64,000 nucleotides of DNA from Callorhinchus milii. Taxonomy: Eukaryota. This document shows, piece by piece, positions 1 through 11,893 of the stretch. Below the pieces are notes generated by a model that had not been told where the DNA came from, ran no database searches, and saw only the letters and a list, made by a program, of their open reading frames with translations. How positions within the stretch are numbered: the first letter of the stretch is position 1; every line of letters starts with the position of its first letter. The position numbers were made by a program, and so were the translations under genes. The stretch covers positions 9,736,001 through 9,800,000 of the forward strand of contig NW_024704743.1 of the NCBI RefSeq assembly GCF_018977255.1, read 5' to 3'.

Positions 1-1034
1 AGATCATCTACATAATTAGATTTTTTGTAAGATGAGGGCAAAGAAAATGTATTGTAATAGAATTTTGCAGCCCTGATTACTTCCCTATTGTCAGATTTAA
101 ATGGAGTCTGAGATTAAAATGATGCGAAATGAAATGGTTTGCTTACAATTATAATGTCAATCTTGCTGAAAACATTTTTTTTTGCACAGTATATGATACG
201 TCGATGCACGTTTACAAAAGTATTTTCAATGCTGAGGGAGTACAATTCTCTGATTATGCTGATGGCTTGTTTCAAATTTGCATTGCTTGTAGCAGGTCAT
301 CCATCTCTTGTTAGCTGTTCATGGGACATATCACAGAAATGATACCCAGAAAATGGAAAAGGAGAAAATATATTCTCAAAGTGGGACTTTCACCTTTAGA
401 AAATGAAAAATCCATTTTATATGGACAATATATTTCATTCTGAATAAATGATTTCATCAGTTTTTTTTTAAGAAGGATATGCTACTCTTTCGAATGCTAG
501 AGGGAATGCCAAGCTGCAGCTAATCAATCATTCACTAACAGGCTGGAGATTCATCAACACCACAGTCCTGGAGTAAATTGCAGTTATGGGGAAACGTGTA
601 TGCCTGATTTCCCCATAATCATAAAGAAGTTACATGTACATTGTACAGCTGTGCTGTGATAATGTCTCAATTGTCCCTGGTTGCTGTGTTTCATTATTTA
701 GAACTGATGGTTAGAGATACCTTGGGAGCTGACGTTTCCATACATCTGGCCCTGGTGTGAAGTCATGACACTGCTCTTCACTGACATCATGAATAGCAAC
801 AATGTCCTTCCATTCAAGATGTCACTGGAGTGAAACTGCACCATGTCACACAAGAGCAGTTCTGTTCTTGAGACTGTCAACACAGAAAAAAGGCCAATTA
901 AAGGACACCAGTTCATAGAATCATAGTAATGACAATATAGGAGGCCATTTGGCACATCAAGTCTAGGCTAGTATCAGCTCTTCCAGTGGAGTTAATAACA
1001 TTGAAGGATTATTTTTTATTGTAAGGAAACAAAA

Positions 1035-1245
1035 ACAACTTGCATTTATATAGCGTCCTTCATCTAGGGTAGCATCTTGGAGTGCTTGACAGTGGCGGAG
1101 CCTGGCTCCAAGCCGGGGGGCGGGAGGAGGTGAGATCGAAGAGGAAGGTCTTCAGGTATGATCTGGAAAAGGGGAAGGAGGGAGCAAGGCAGAGGGATTA
1201 AAGCAAGAGTTCCAAAGTTTCAGGGCGTAGTGGCTGAAAGCTGAA
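1035..1245 (-). mobile_element. L2 3' fragment (similar short pieces at about 3230-3500, 8500-8660, 19170-19330, 22065-22305, 33320-33585)
   Basis: CAACTTGCATTTATATAGCG tail plus GAGTTCCA / FKxxLKT region. Confidence 0.7.
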
Positions 1246-3499
1246 AATACACATCAGCAGAACACACTTCCTTCCCCATTCGTATTTAGCAGTAATTCAA
1301 ATGGAATGTGGCAGTATAAAAAGCAGAAACGTTTGCTGCTCTTTGGTTATATTTCATCCTATGTTCACCACAAAATACAGTCACTACACTTAACAATAAA
1401 TCCTGGGAATCCCTTTGACACGTCCTCCTGACATGAAAGCTACTATATCGAATGAAAGGATTATTATGTACTACTGCTGAAATGTTGGAGTTCAAAAATG
1501 TATTCTTAGACTATGTTCAATACCTGATTCCGAATAAGGTGGTGCTTTATTTACCCTCCTTTCTTCCTATTGTCTGGAAACATTTTGGCATTTAGACGTC
1601 TGACAGATATGTAAACTCATGACGGAAAGTGCAGTCGAAGAGGTAAGTATTAAGGAGGACTTTAAATGAACACGTTTTTCAACAAAAAAAGGTTTTGAAG
1701 GATAACACACTTAAGCGGATGATTTTCTCACTATAAACCCATGTGATCAAAATTTGCTACAACTGCAGTAAGAAGAATCTCTCACCTTTTGTAAAATTAT
1801 AGGGCGTCACTATACAATAAATCTTGTGAAGTGCTTTGAGATGTTTCCTGATGTGATAAGGTACTATATCAGACCCAAGGATTATTATTAATAATTGTAA
1901 TATATCAGAAATGGATACCTTGAAAAACATTTGATTTTCTTGCAGAGCAAAGTAATGCATTTGTGCCCCTGTTGAAAATATTTGATAGATTATCAACAGG
2001 TTACATAATGGGTCAGAAAGGCAACCTGATGTTTCAGTTCACTTTACAGTATATTCTGTGAGGTGTTTTGAGATGTTTCAATGATGTGATAAGGCACTAT
2101 ATCAAATGCAGTAATAGAAATTATAGTGCAACAGGGTATATGGAGGAGATGATTATTAAATTATTTTAAAAAAATCCTTCATGAGAATTTTGCCAATAAC
2201 TCTACCTCAAGAATCTAATCCAAATCTGTTGCATCCAGCCATGTAGTGAATAAATAATTTTACGTGGGGTATTCTGTTGGCCAGGACATCGGGAGATGCT
2301 CCTTTTTTTTTTGAATAGTTCCATGGGATCTTAAATGTCCACCTGAACAGGCAGACGAGAACTTGGTTTAACATCTCACACTTGTCGCACAAAGTCTGAA
2401 TGTGGGCTTGAACCCACAAACTTCTGAAACAGAGGGAAGAATGCTACTGACTGAGCCAGGCTGATTGATACGTACTGCTAAATAGCTGTAGAGTTTTGTT
2501 TAATACTATGCTTCTTTTTGGAAACCTGGGATATTTCCTGCTATAATTTATGAGCTTCCAATGCCCTCAGGATATCCAGATCTCCCTATCCTCCACTTGG
2601 AATAGCCTGCAATGTCTATTATATCCCTGCTTTTTTTTTAATAAGAAAAATATTGGCCTGTTCATAATGCTTACCTTCTACTCACAACTCGTTGTTGTTG
2701 TTGCCTTTATTATCTCCAATAACTTCAGGACTTATCGGAAGTAAGTTGTGTTTCAATGTACCCTTTTCAGCTGCAGAAGTTGTAAGATTTATTACAAATA
2801 TTGTAAGATTTCCTTAAGACTTTCCTAATGATCTTTTACAAGCCAAACTGGTCTATTTTCCTTCTTTTTCTTTACGCCTCTGTTTACCTAGCAATGAGTA
2901 GGAACCCAGTCGATCGGCGGGTCGCTTTTCTGGAGGTTAACAATACCTTCAAAAAAAATAATAATAATAATTTGGTCATTCAATCCACAACTGTTTAAAA
3001 ATATAAAGTCAATTCACTTTACAGTATATTCTGTGAATTTTAAAGCACAGAAGGAGGCCATTCAGCCCATCATGTCTGTGCCAGCTCTTTGAAAAGAGCT
3101 ATCCAATTCAATCCTGTTCTCTCTCTCTCCCCATAGCACTGCAAACTTGTTCTCCCCAAATAATTGTCTACTTCTCTCTTAAAAGTTGTTATTGAATCGG
3201 CTTTCACCACACTTTCAGGCAATGCAGCTGAATAAGGCCAAGACAGAAGCCATATTCCTTCACTCCTGCGGATCTAAACTCCTCAACCTCCCTGGGCTCT
3301 CCCTCAGATCAAACTAGTGCGCAACCCAGGCGTCCGGTTCGACCCCCAGCTGTCCTTCCTCCCCCACATCCGGGCCTTGTCCGGGACTGCCTTCTTGCAC
3401 CTCTGCCACATTGTCTGCCTCTGACCATACCTTACCCCAAATGCAGCCGAAACTCCTACCCTACGTGGAGGGAGCTATATAAGTGCAAGTTGTTGTTGT

Positions 3500-5312
3500 C
3501 TAGAAGTTTCCCTACTACTGACGTTAGGCTGACTGGCCTGTAGTTCCTGGGTTTATCCTTCTGCCTCTTTTTTGTGCAGGGGAGTAACATTTGCAACCCT
3601 CCAGTCCTCTGATACCACCCCAGTGTCCAAGGAGGATTGAAAGATTGTGGCCAGAGCCTCCGTTATTTCCACCCTTACTTCCCTCAGTAACCTCGGATGC
3701 GTCCTGTCGGGACCGGTGACTTTCTTCCTTGAGCACTGTCAACCTTTTAGCACCTTCTCTTGGTTTAATCTTAAACCAATTTCTCTACCCTCTCCTCCAA
3801 TACTGTGGCATTGGCTGCATCCTCTTTTGTGAAGACAGATGCAAAGTACTCATTCAGTACGTCAGCCATGCCCCCTGCCTCCACAAGAAGATTTCCTCTT
3901 TGGTCCCTAATTGGACCCACACTACCTCTGACTAATCTTTTATTCTTTATATGCTTATAAAATACCTTAGGGTTCCGTTTTATGTTACCCGCTAATATTT
4001 TCTCATACAATCTCTTTGCCCCTCTTACTTATTCAGTTCTCTGTACTTTCTATAATCTATTTGATTATCTTCTATATTTTGGACATGACATTTATCATAA
4101 GCCTCTTTTTTCAGTTTTATTGTAATCCCAATTTCCTTATTCATCCAGGGAAGTTTGGATGCTCTACCTTTCCCCTTTGTGGGAATGTATTTGTTCTATC
4201 CTCAAACTATCTCCTCCTTGAAGGCTTCCCATTGTTCGTTAGCTGTTTTACCTGCCAATCTTTTTTTCTAGTCCACTTGGTTAGATCCCTTTTTAACTCA
4301 CTGAAATTAGTCCTCTTCCAGTTGAGTATCTTCACCTTTGGTTGCTCCTTGTCCCTTTCCATAAGTACTCTAAACCTAATGATATTGTGATCACTGTTCT
4401 CCTACTGAAACCTGCTCCACTTGCCCCACTTCATTTCCCAGAACTAGATCCAGCACAGCTTCCTCCCTTGCTGGAAACACATTGATGTAGAAAGTTATCC
4501 TGCACACATTTCAGGAATTCTTCCCTCTCCTTGCCCTTTACACTGTTAATTTGCCAGTCTATGTAAGGATAATTGAAGTCAACCATTATTACTATATTGG
4601 CTTTGCATCTTTCTGAAATCTGCTTGAAGATTTACTAGTCTATCCAATTCCCACTATTTGGTAGTTTATAGCAAACACCTAACATTGTAACAGCTCCCTT
4701 TCTGCTCCTTAACTCTTACCAGATAGATTCTGGTTTTGGACCCTCTTGCACATTGTCCCTTTCCAGAGCCATAACCGTGTCTCTAATCAATATTGACACC
4801 CCCCTCCTTTTGTTCCTTCTCTATCCCTCCTGAACACATTGTAGCCAAGAATATTCAGCTCCCATTCCTTCCCTTGTTTGAGCCAGGTCTCCATTATTGC
4901 CACTACATCATAACCCCGTGTAGCAACTTGAGCCGCAGCTCACCAATCTTATTTGTCACACTCCGTGCACCTTGTACAGGCCCCACCTGCCCCAGAAATG
5001 ATCCCAATGATCCAGGAACCTGAAGCCCTCCTTTCTGCACCATTACTCCAGCCATGCATTCATGTGTTTGATCCTGCTGTTTTGATCCTCATTTGCACGA
5101 GGCACTGGGAGATCCAGAGATCACCACCATTGAGATCCTATTCTTTAGCTTTTTCCCTAGTTTTTGACACTCTCACTGTAGGATCTCAGCCCTTTTTCCC
5201 CAACTTCTAGATGTTCTCCTTCCCTCTTTAGAATGTTTTACACCTGTTCTGTGATGTCTTCAACCCTGACACCAGGGAGGCAACATACCATGCCAGAGTC
5301 ACATCTTTAGTT
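3500..5312 (-). mobile_element. CR1 LINE fragment spanning the ORF1 esterase region and ORF2 endonuclease to RT start, internally deleted
   Basis: Minus strand encodes MVCCLPGVR (about 5290-5263, CR1 ORF1 SGNH esterase-like), VDFNYP, NIKRNPKVFYKHI, LNEYFASVFTKED, and PGNYRPVSLTS-like sequence near 3540. Confidence 0.85.
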
Positions 5313-7084
5313 GCAGGATGATTGCTCTGAGGGAATAGATAACTGGTAACAGGAAGGGTAGTTGAGGTCAGGACACTTGACTCATTTAAAAAAAAGCTTG
5401 GTGCTGTCATGGGAAGATAGTAAGGTGGGTACTCTGGGAAGATGCTGAACATTGCTTGTGCTCTGCTATCTATGTTTACACATGACAAATGGCCACCTGG
5501 TGAGGTACTAAGGGGATTGAACACCTACAAAACCATGTTCCAATATTTATCAGTTTTTGAGAGGGGAAAATACGTTTACATTGATCTATTAAAATAGAGG
5601 TATGTTTAAGGTATAAAATAATGGACTCTCAAGTTTCAATGTATGAGCAAATACAGACTGACACTAACTCACATTATTATTACTAAAACTGCACATTTCT
5701 TTTTTCAAAAAATGTACCCACATTTTCTCTGCTTAAGCAAATCAGACATATTTGGTTAATGGAGAGTCTTCTCTTTCCAAACCAGCTTAAAATGATTTGC
5801 ACTCATGCTGTTTTTTTATTGAGCCACATCTTTTCATGACAGATCAGCCAAATGTTATTGCCAACAGACACATGGTATAAAATCAGCACTGGGAGTAACC
5901 AAATAGCAAACATAGTCTAACAATTGAGAGTCCAATGTTCCAGTCCTGTAGATACTGGACTGACTTCTCAATTACAAAGAAGCCCCTAAAACATATACAG
6001 TTAATCTGATTATCTGTAGAAACAACTTGATATTGTCATGCAAAGTGGGTCATTTGGAAGGATTTTGGATCGAATGACTTTATCTCTCTTTTGCTCAATC
6101 AGCTCCTGGCTGTTTGTGGGACATTGCTGTGTGCAAATTGGTTGCCATATTCACTTATAAATGCACAGTCACCACATTGTGAAATAACTACTGTGAAGCA
6201 CTTTGAGATGTTTCGACATAATGAAATGCTATATCAAATGCAATGATAGTTATTGTTAAGATAGGTACAGTGAAACTACACAGTTGGGGATGAGGAAACA
6301 AAATCCTACAGAGTGCCACATTGACCTGACTTTCAAGGCTGAATGATAGGGATGTCACCAATTTATAATAACAATTTTTACATTTGGTATAGAGTCTTTT
6401 GTGTCAAGGAGTCATTTCTATACACTTCACAGGATATATTGTAAAATGTAGTGTCTGCTTTTTGGTGAAATATTAAGCTATTTTTGTCCTTAATGAAGTA
6501 CTGTACTTCAAGAAACTAATATAAATCCATGTTCTTTTCAGACATTAAAAAAGGGCAACTTGTCAAAACAAGTTATAGATCATCCTACTCTATAACAGAA
6601 ACCAAAGTCAAGCATCCACTGTAAAGGAATGTTGTTCAGTGAAATCGAGTTGCATTCATCCCAGCATTCATCCTTGGTGACACAGCCATGGGGACCCACT
6701 TCTCCTGTGTCATTGCTATTCATCAATACCCATGTTGATCCCTCTACTTTCGGCAATGTTGTGCAAAGTGCATACTTTAAGACACTGAAGTTATTCTCAA
6801 TGGCCATTCTGGTATGCATTTGTGAAGTGTTTGTGTAAGAATTTAGGTGAGAATTTCAAATTTACATTGAAATCTTGAGAATTAATTTTGCTTAAGGTGT
6901 TTTGTTGAACTGTCATGGGCATATGATTCGGTCTTCAGGGGGACTGAAGCGTCATGTGTGAGTTGTTCTTGCCATAAGAACGATGTATTGTAGGAATATA
7001 TACAATTACTAAGTTTTGCCAGCATGAAAAATATATTTGTAATCACTTTAACACTCTAGATTGATGAGCTATTGTTTCTATTCT

Positions 7085-7915
7085 GCACCATGACCTGCTC
7101 TGCCTTCCGCCACCTCCACAATGTCACCCGGCTCCGACGCTGTCTCACACCGCAGGCCACCAAAACCCTCATACACACCTTCATTACATCGAGGCTCGAC
7201 TATGCAAACTCACTGCTTGTCGGCCTCCCCAACTCCTCCCTCCACAGACTGCAGATCATCCAGAACTCTGCAGCCCGAGTCTTCTCCCACACCAGGCTCC
7301 GTGACCCTATCGCCTGCATCCTTGCCCAACGCCACTAGCTTCCCATCACACAGAGGATACAGTTCAAGATCCTGATCCTCACCTTCAAAGCCCTCCATGG
7401 TCTTGCTCCCCCCTACCTCTCTGACTTACTAACCCCCTATCATCCTGTTTACTCCCTCAGCGGGCTCCAGCCTGCTTCATGTCCCCTGCCTTGCTCGCCC
7501 CACAATCGACGGGCAGGCCTTCCGCCACCCTCTGGAACTCCATCCCGCAGTCCCTCCGTCTCGCCCCCTCCCTTGCCACCTTCAAGACCCACCTCAAGAC
7601 CCTCCTCTTCGACCGTGCTTTCGATCTCCCTGCTTCCCCACTTGCCCTCCACCCTCCCCAGACCCTCAGCTCAGCTCCGTAATGTATTATTATTGATCCA
7701 CCCTGAGCTTTTGAGACAGATGAAACATGGCACATCAAGTAGACTGGGCATGGACCCAGAATAGTTTGGGTGGGGGGAAAGGTGGCCAAAATATAATTGA
7801 AGATTGTAAATCTTAAGGTGGATTTTGAAGGTAGGAAGGGAGGGGATTAGATGGACAATGTCCTGCGCCTTGGGACATCCTCCCGATGGCACTGTACAAA
7901 TGTAATTTTGATGTT
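7085..7915 (+). mobile_element. 5'-truncated L2, 3' end interrupted by a locally copied segment (about 7682-7855)
   Basis: HTFITSRLDYANSLL, LQIIQNSAAR, LWNSIPQSLRLAPSLATFKTHLKT; tail GCGCCTTGGGACATCCTCCCGA resumes after the insert. Confidence 0.88.
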
Positions 7916-10618
7916 GTATTATGCTGTTGTATAATTTACATTTTGCCTATAATGGAAAATTATTTAACATTTGTATTGCTCTAACATTAAGTGATGTTTT
8001 GCTGATGATTGTACTTGTGTAACTTGTTTACTTGCTAGAAATGAATAGGATCTCTCTTCTTTTTCTCATATCCTTGTATACTTACAAGTATACAAATATA
8101 TATATATATAAGTATATATATAAGTCTGGTATACTTACGTAGGGAAGGGGATGTGTAACAGGTGTTGTGTTATATGAGAAATAAGAGAAAGAAGTGGTGT
8201 CTGTGATATTTAGGTGGCCTTGCAGAATGTTCAGATTAAATGGTTATTGTTAGGTGAGGAGTAAAAACAAGAAAATAGTATTTTCTCAGGGTCTCAAACT
8301 ACACAAGGATCAACAATTTGATTTAAATTAATAAATTAAATACCCAATTGAGCTATCACAGTCAACATTTGTGAGATATGTTATTTGAGCATTTGTCTGG
8401 CATTTAGATAATGGCGTCAAAACCTTGGTGTTTAAGCACACCATGTATTACGATTGATCCACCTTGAGCCTTCCTGAGCTTTTGAGACAGATGAAACATG
8501 GAACATCAAGTAGACTGGGCATGGAACCAGGATAGTTTGGATGGGGGAAAAGGTATCCAAAATAAAATTGAAGATTGTAAGTCTTAAGGTGGATTTTGAA
8601 GGCAGGAAGGGAGGGGATTAGATGGAAGGACTCTCGAATGGAGTTCCAGAGAGTGGACGTTAAAGATCTCATGGCACTAAAATACTAATAATATTCGAAA
8701 AGCTGAGTTTCTCCCGGTGTCTGAGCCAACTATCCCCCAGATAAAGTTAGTGATTCATTTCATGGCTGTCTGTGGGCACTGCTTTGCCGTAATTGAGTGC
8801 CACATTCACCTACAAAACACGTGGTCACTACAATTTATGGTAATTTCCTGTAAAATGCTTTGAAACATTCTCCTGATGTGAAAGGCTCCATGTCAAATGC
8901 AAGGATTATTATTATTTAAATTGTTATCTGCGTTCGGCTATAATAATTATTGCAACTCGACCAAGATTCCGCCATGCATTTTAGCTGAAGACATCTGTAG
9001 CATTCTCGAGAACTTCAAGCACTTATTGGAAAAGAAGCTTCTCAGATTTTTTCATATTTGAAGATTGCATCTCAATCAGATATAACTGTAAATGTCTTGA
9101 ACTGGTGAAAGATTAAGAAGTTCTATTAGCAACCATCCAACTAGCTGCACAATAGCTGTATGGAGATCGCCAAGAAATACTTCCAGTCGCAGTAAGGAGT
9201 CCCCATTTGCTACAATTTAGATTTTTTGTTAAGAAATACCACAAATTAGACTTTGGGCTTTATTTATTAAGAAAACAGAACAGGGGAGCATAAAAATATT
9301 TAATAATAAATAATAATCCTTGCATTTGATAAAGATACTCTTACCCCCTGCTCGGGGTGCCATTGTGAATTTGCGTTGGGGATGTCCTCCTGATGTGAAA
9401 GGCACTATATTTTGCCCACAAAATTTACAGTCAATTCACTTTACAATATATTCTGTGAAGTGCTTTGAGACTTGATAAGGCAAATGCAATGCTTATTATA
9501 TAAATGTAAATTGTGTTATTATATAAATGTAAATGTGCTTATAGAAATGTAAATTGTGAGATGCCGACTTGCGTAGAGGGACTATATAAATCCAAGTTGT
9601 TGTATTGTAAAAATTTCACTTCAGAAGGATATCTCAAATGCTTCACAGGATTTGCCATAAAGTGCGTTTCATAGCTTTGCAAAGTTTGTTCACTGAATAG
9701 TATTAGGTGTTAAAATACATTTGTGGCCAATAGAAATTTGAGATTCATAGTGAACACAAACAAAAATCGTTTAGCATGCAATAAAAAAACTTGTACCAGT
9801 CTTTCCATTGATCCAAATTTGCAAACAGTCCAGAAAAAAGATGTTTGTAAGAATTTCCAAAAATAAAACTGAAAACAAGAGGAAATGGGTTACATAATTG
9901 GGGCAAGCAGAGTGTATTGCAGGAAAAAGCTCTGTAATCATTTAAGAATCTGAGTGTTTCCGTTACTATGGCCACACATCCCATGTTAAAAGGGAAGTAG
10001 TGACAAGAAATGCAGTTTAGGATTTGAAAGAGAGAAAGCATTTCAGATTTTTTTGCTCCAGGGATGAGCCCCTGAGTTACAATTCATGGAAAATCGTTAC
10101 ACTTCAACAAAATCAACCGACCTTTGTAGAGGTTGTCTTTTTCTTACTTGTTATTACTTTGTAAAGCAAACATGCCTGAGCCATTGGTAAATCAATGCAT
10201 TTTTGCAATTGTGGAAAAATACCATTAGATCTGGCAGAGCTCTTGTTGTTGAAGATCTTGTAAATCCTGTTCCAGGATAACTCACAAAATAGACAGTTCA
10301 TGCACACATTTATACTATACTGTATAATGTGAATGATTCATGCTTGACCACTGAAATTACTCCCTCTTTTACAGAAAAGATTGTATCATCCAGTTTGCAT
10401 AGCCACCCACACAGATTGAACATTTGAAACAGAGCAGCACTCAGACTGAATGGAATTTTCCATTTGTTTAAGCTATTCACGCAGCCTAGCCTCCCCCCGG
10501 TGGTTGTTAAGATTTTGTTTCAAATGACCTCAGGTCCTTCAAGAGTCCCTTAGTAACCAGAGGGATGTAACAAGAATCCTTCTCTCTCACAGCTCATGCC
10601 TCTTTCCAGCTGGTGTTA

Positions 10619-10637
10619 CACTGACATCTGGTGGCAC
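10619..10637 (-). promoter_or_regulatory. Candidate CTCF site
   Basis: Minus strand GTGCCACCAGATGTCAGTG, one mismatch from CCASYAGRKGGCRS, in non-repeat sequence; motif match only. Confidence 0.35.
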
Positions 10638-11089
10638 AGCATAGCTATCTCCCCGGTCAGCTCTCTCTCTTTGCAGAGGCCCACATTACACTTTCATTTA
10701 ATGTATACTGTACTGTAATTTATTCAAGTAAAGTGGGAGAAGGGGTTTGCGGTATGTGATAAATATCACAGGCACATGCGTCATTTTCCTCCAAAACTAA
10801 GAATGCTGCAATCCACACTATGATTCCTGGTTTGCCTGCTCCACACGCCTGTTTATCCAACCATCGGTAGGAACCCAGTTGTTAGTCGATTGGCGGATTA
10901 CTTTGTATCAATCAAATCACTTGGTGCTATGATATCTTGAAATCCTAAACACTGTATTAGATAATTGATACAGTCAGCTAAGAATTTACAGCGTATAATT
11001 TTTTATCAAACTCCTTAGATTCAAAATGGCAAAGGGCTTTCTCAGAATTTGGAAATCCTGTCCTGTAAACTCAAAATCTAATTTTGCAA

Positions 11090-11240
11090 AACAAATACCT
11101 TTCAAAAGGGAAAAAATAATTGCAAGGCTATGGGGTAAGAGAGGTGGGGAGTTACTGATTAGATTGCTCTTTCAAAGAGCCAGCACAGGCAGGATGGGCC
11201 GAATGGCCTCCTTCTGTGCTGTTGGATTATATGATTATAA
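11090..11240 (+). mobile_element. CR1 3' UTR fragment (others at about 915-990 -, 3040-3230 -, 5315-5430 +, 11715-11840 +, 18860-19080 +)
   Basis: GATGGGCCGAATGGCCTCCTTCTGTGCTGT; 11715-11840 reads CEAAINKADRML..VMLKLHSALVRPNL (old CR1 RT C-terminus). Confidence 0.75.
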
Positions 11241-11893
11241 AGTTGCAGAATTTGAACATACTTTTGCCAAAAAGAGCAAGAGGGGAACATTTAATGCAGG
11301 TGTGAAATGTATGCATTAAAATTATGTTTGATACTCTGCCCATACAAATCATGCAATATTAAGCTGAGCAAAGTACAACTCAATACCAGTAACAAAAACC
11401 AAACGACACAGAATGAATTGCACTTGAAAAAAACTTGCTGACGAATACGCCCTCCAGTTGTAAAAAGCAATAATAATGTCATCGCTAAGGTGGGGGTGTT
11501 AGCTGGCAGGAAATTTATTTGTTCCTCTTTCCTCCAGTTTATCCTGAAAAAATATTATAGCTCCTTTTTCTTTTAAGAAGTGCATCGTGCCAATTTAATG
11601 ACCTTTTCCCAAGTGACACCATTCTCTCCCAAACTATCAGCTCCTGATTTACATTTCTCTCTTCAAGTGTTGAAGGAGGCAATGCTAAGACTAAGACATG
11701 TTCACCATGACAAATACTGTGCGAGGCAGCAATAAACAAGGCCGACAGGATGCTGATCGAAATTGTCAAATCAATTGAACTCACATCCACAGACGTCATG
11801 CTCAAGCTGCACAGTGCTCTGGTAAGGCCAAATCTGCACTGAAGGGCAAGTATTGTGTTTTACATAGAGTTTTAATGGAGATTTAATATAAGT

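Noticed and set aside
9495..9560. Short tandem duplications (also near 8070, 28905, 30085, 46258, 48248, 53907, 59980) as CRISPR-like or functional arrays
   Set aside because: Two or three irregular copies with no regular repeat-spacer structure, in a vertebrate context; ordinary slippage or repair scars.
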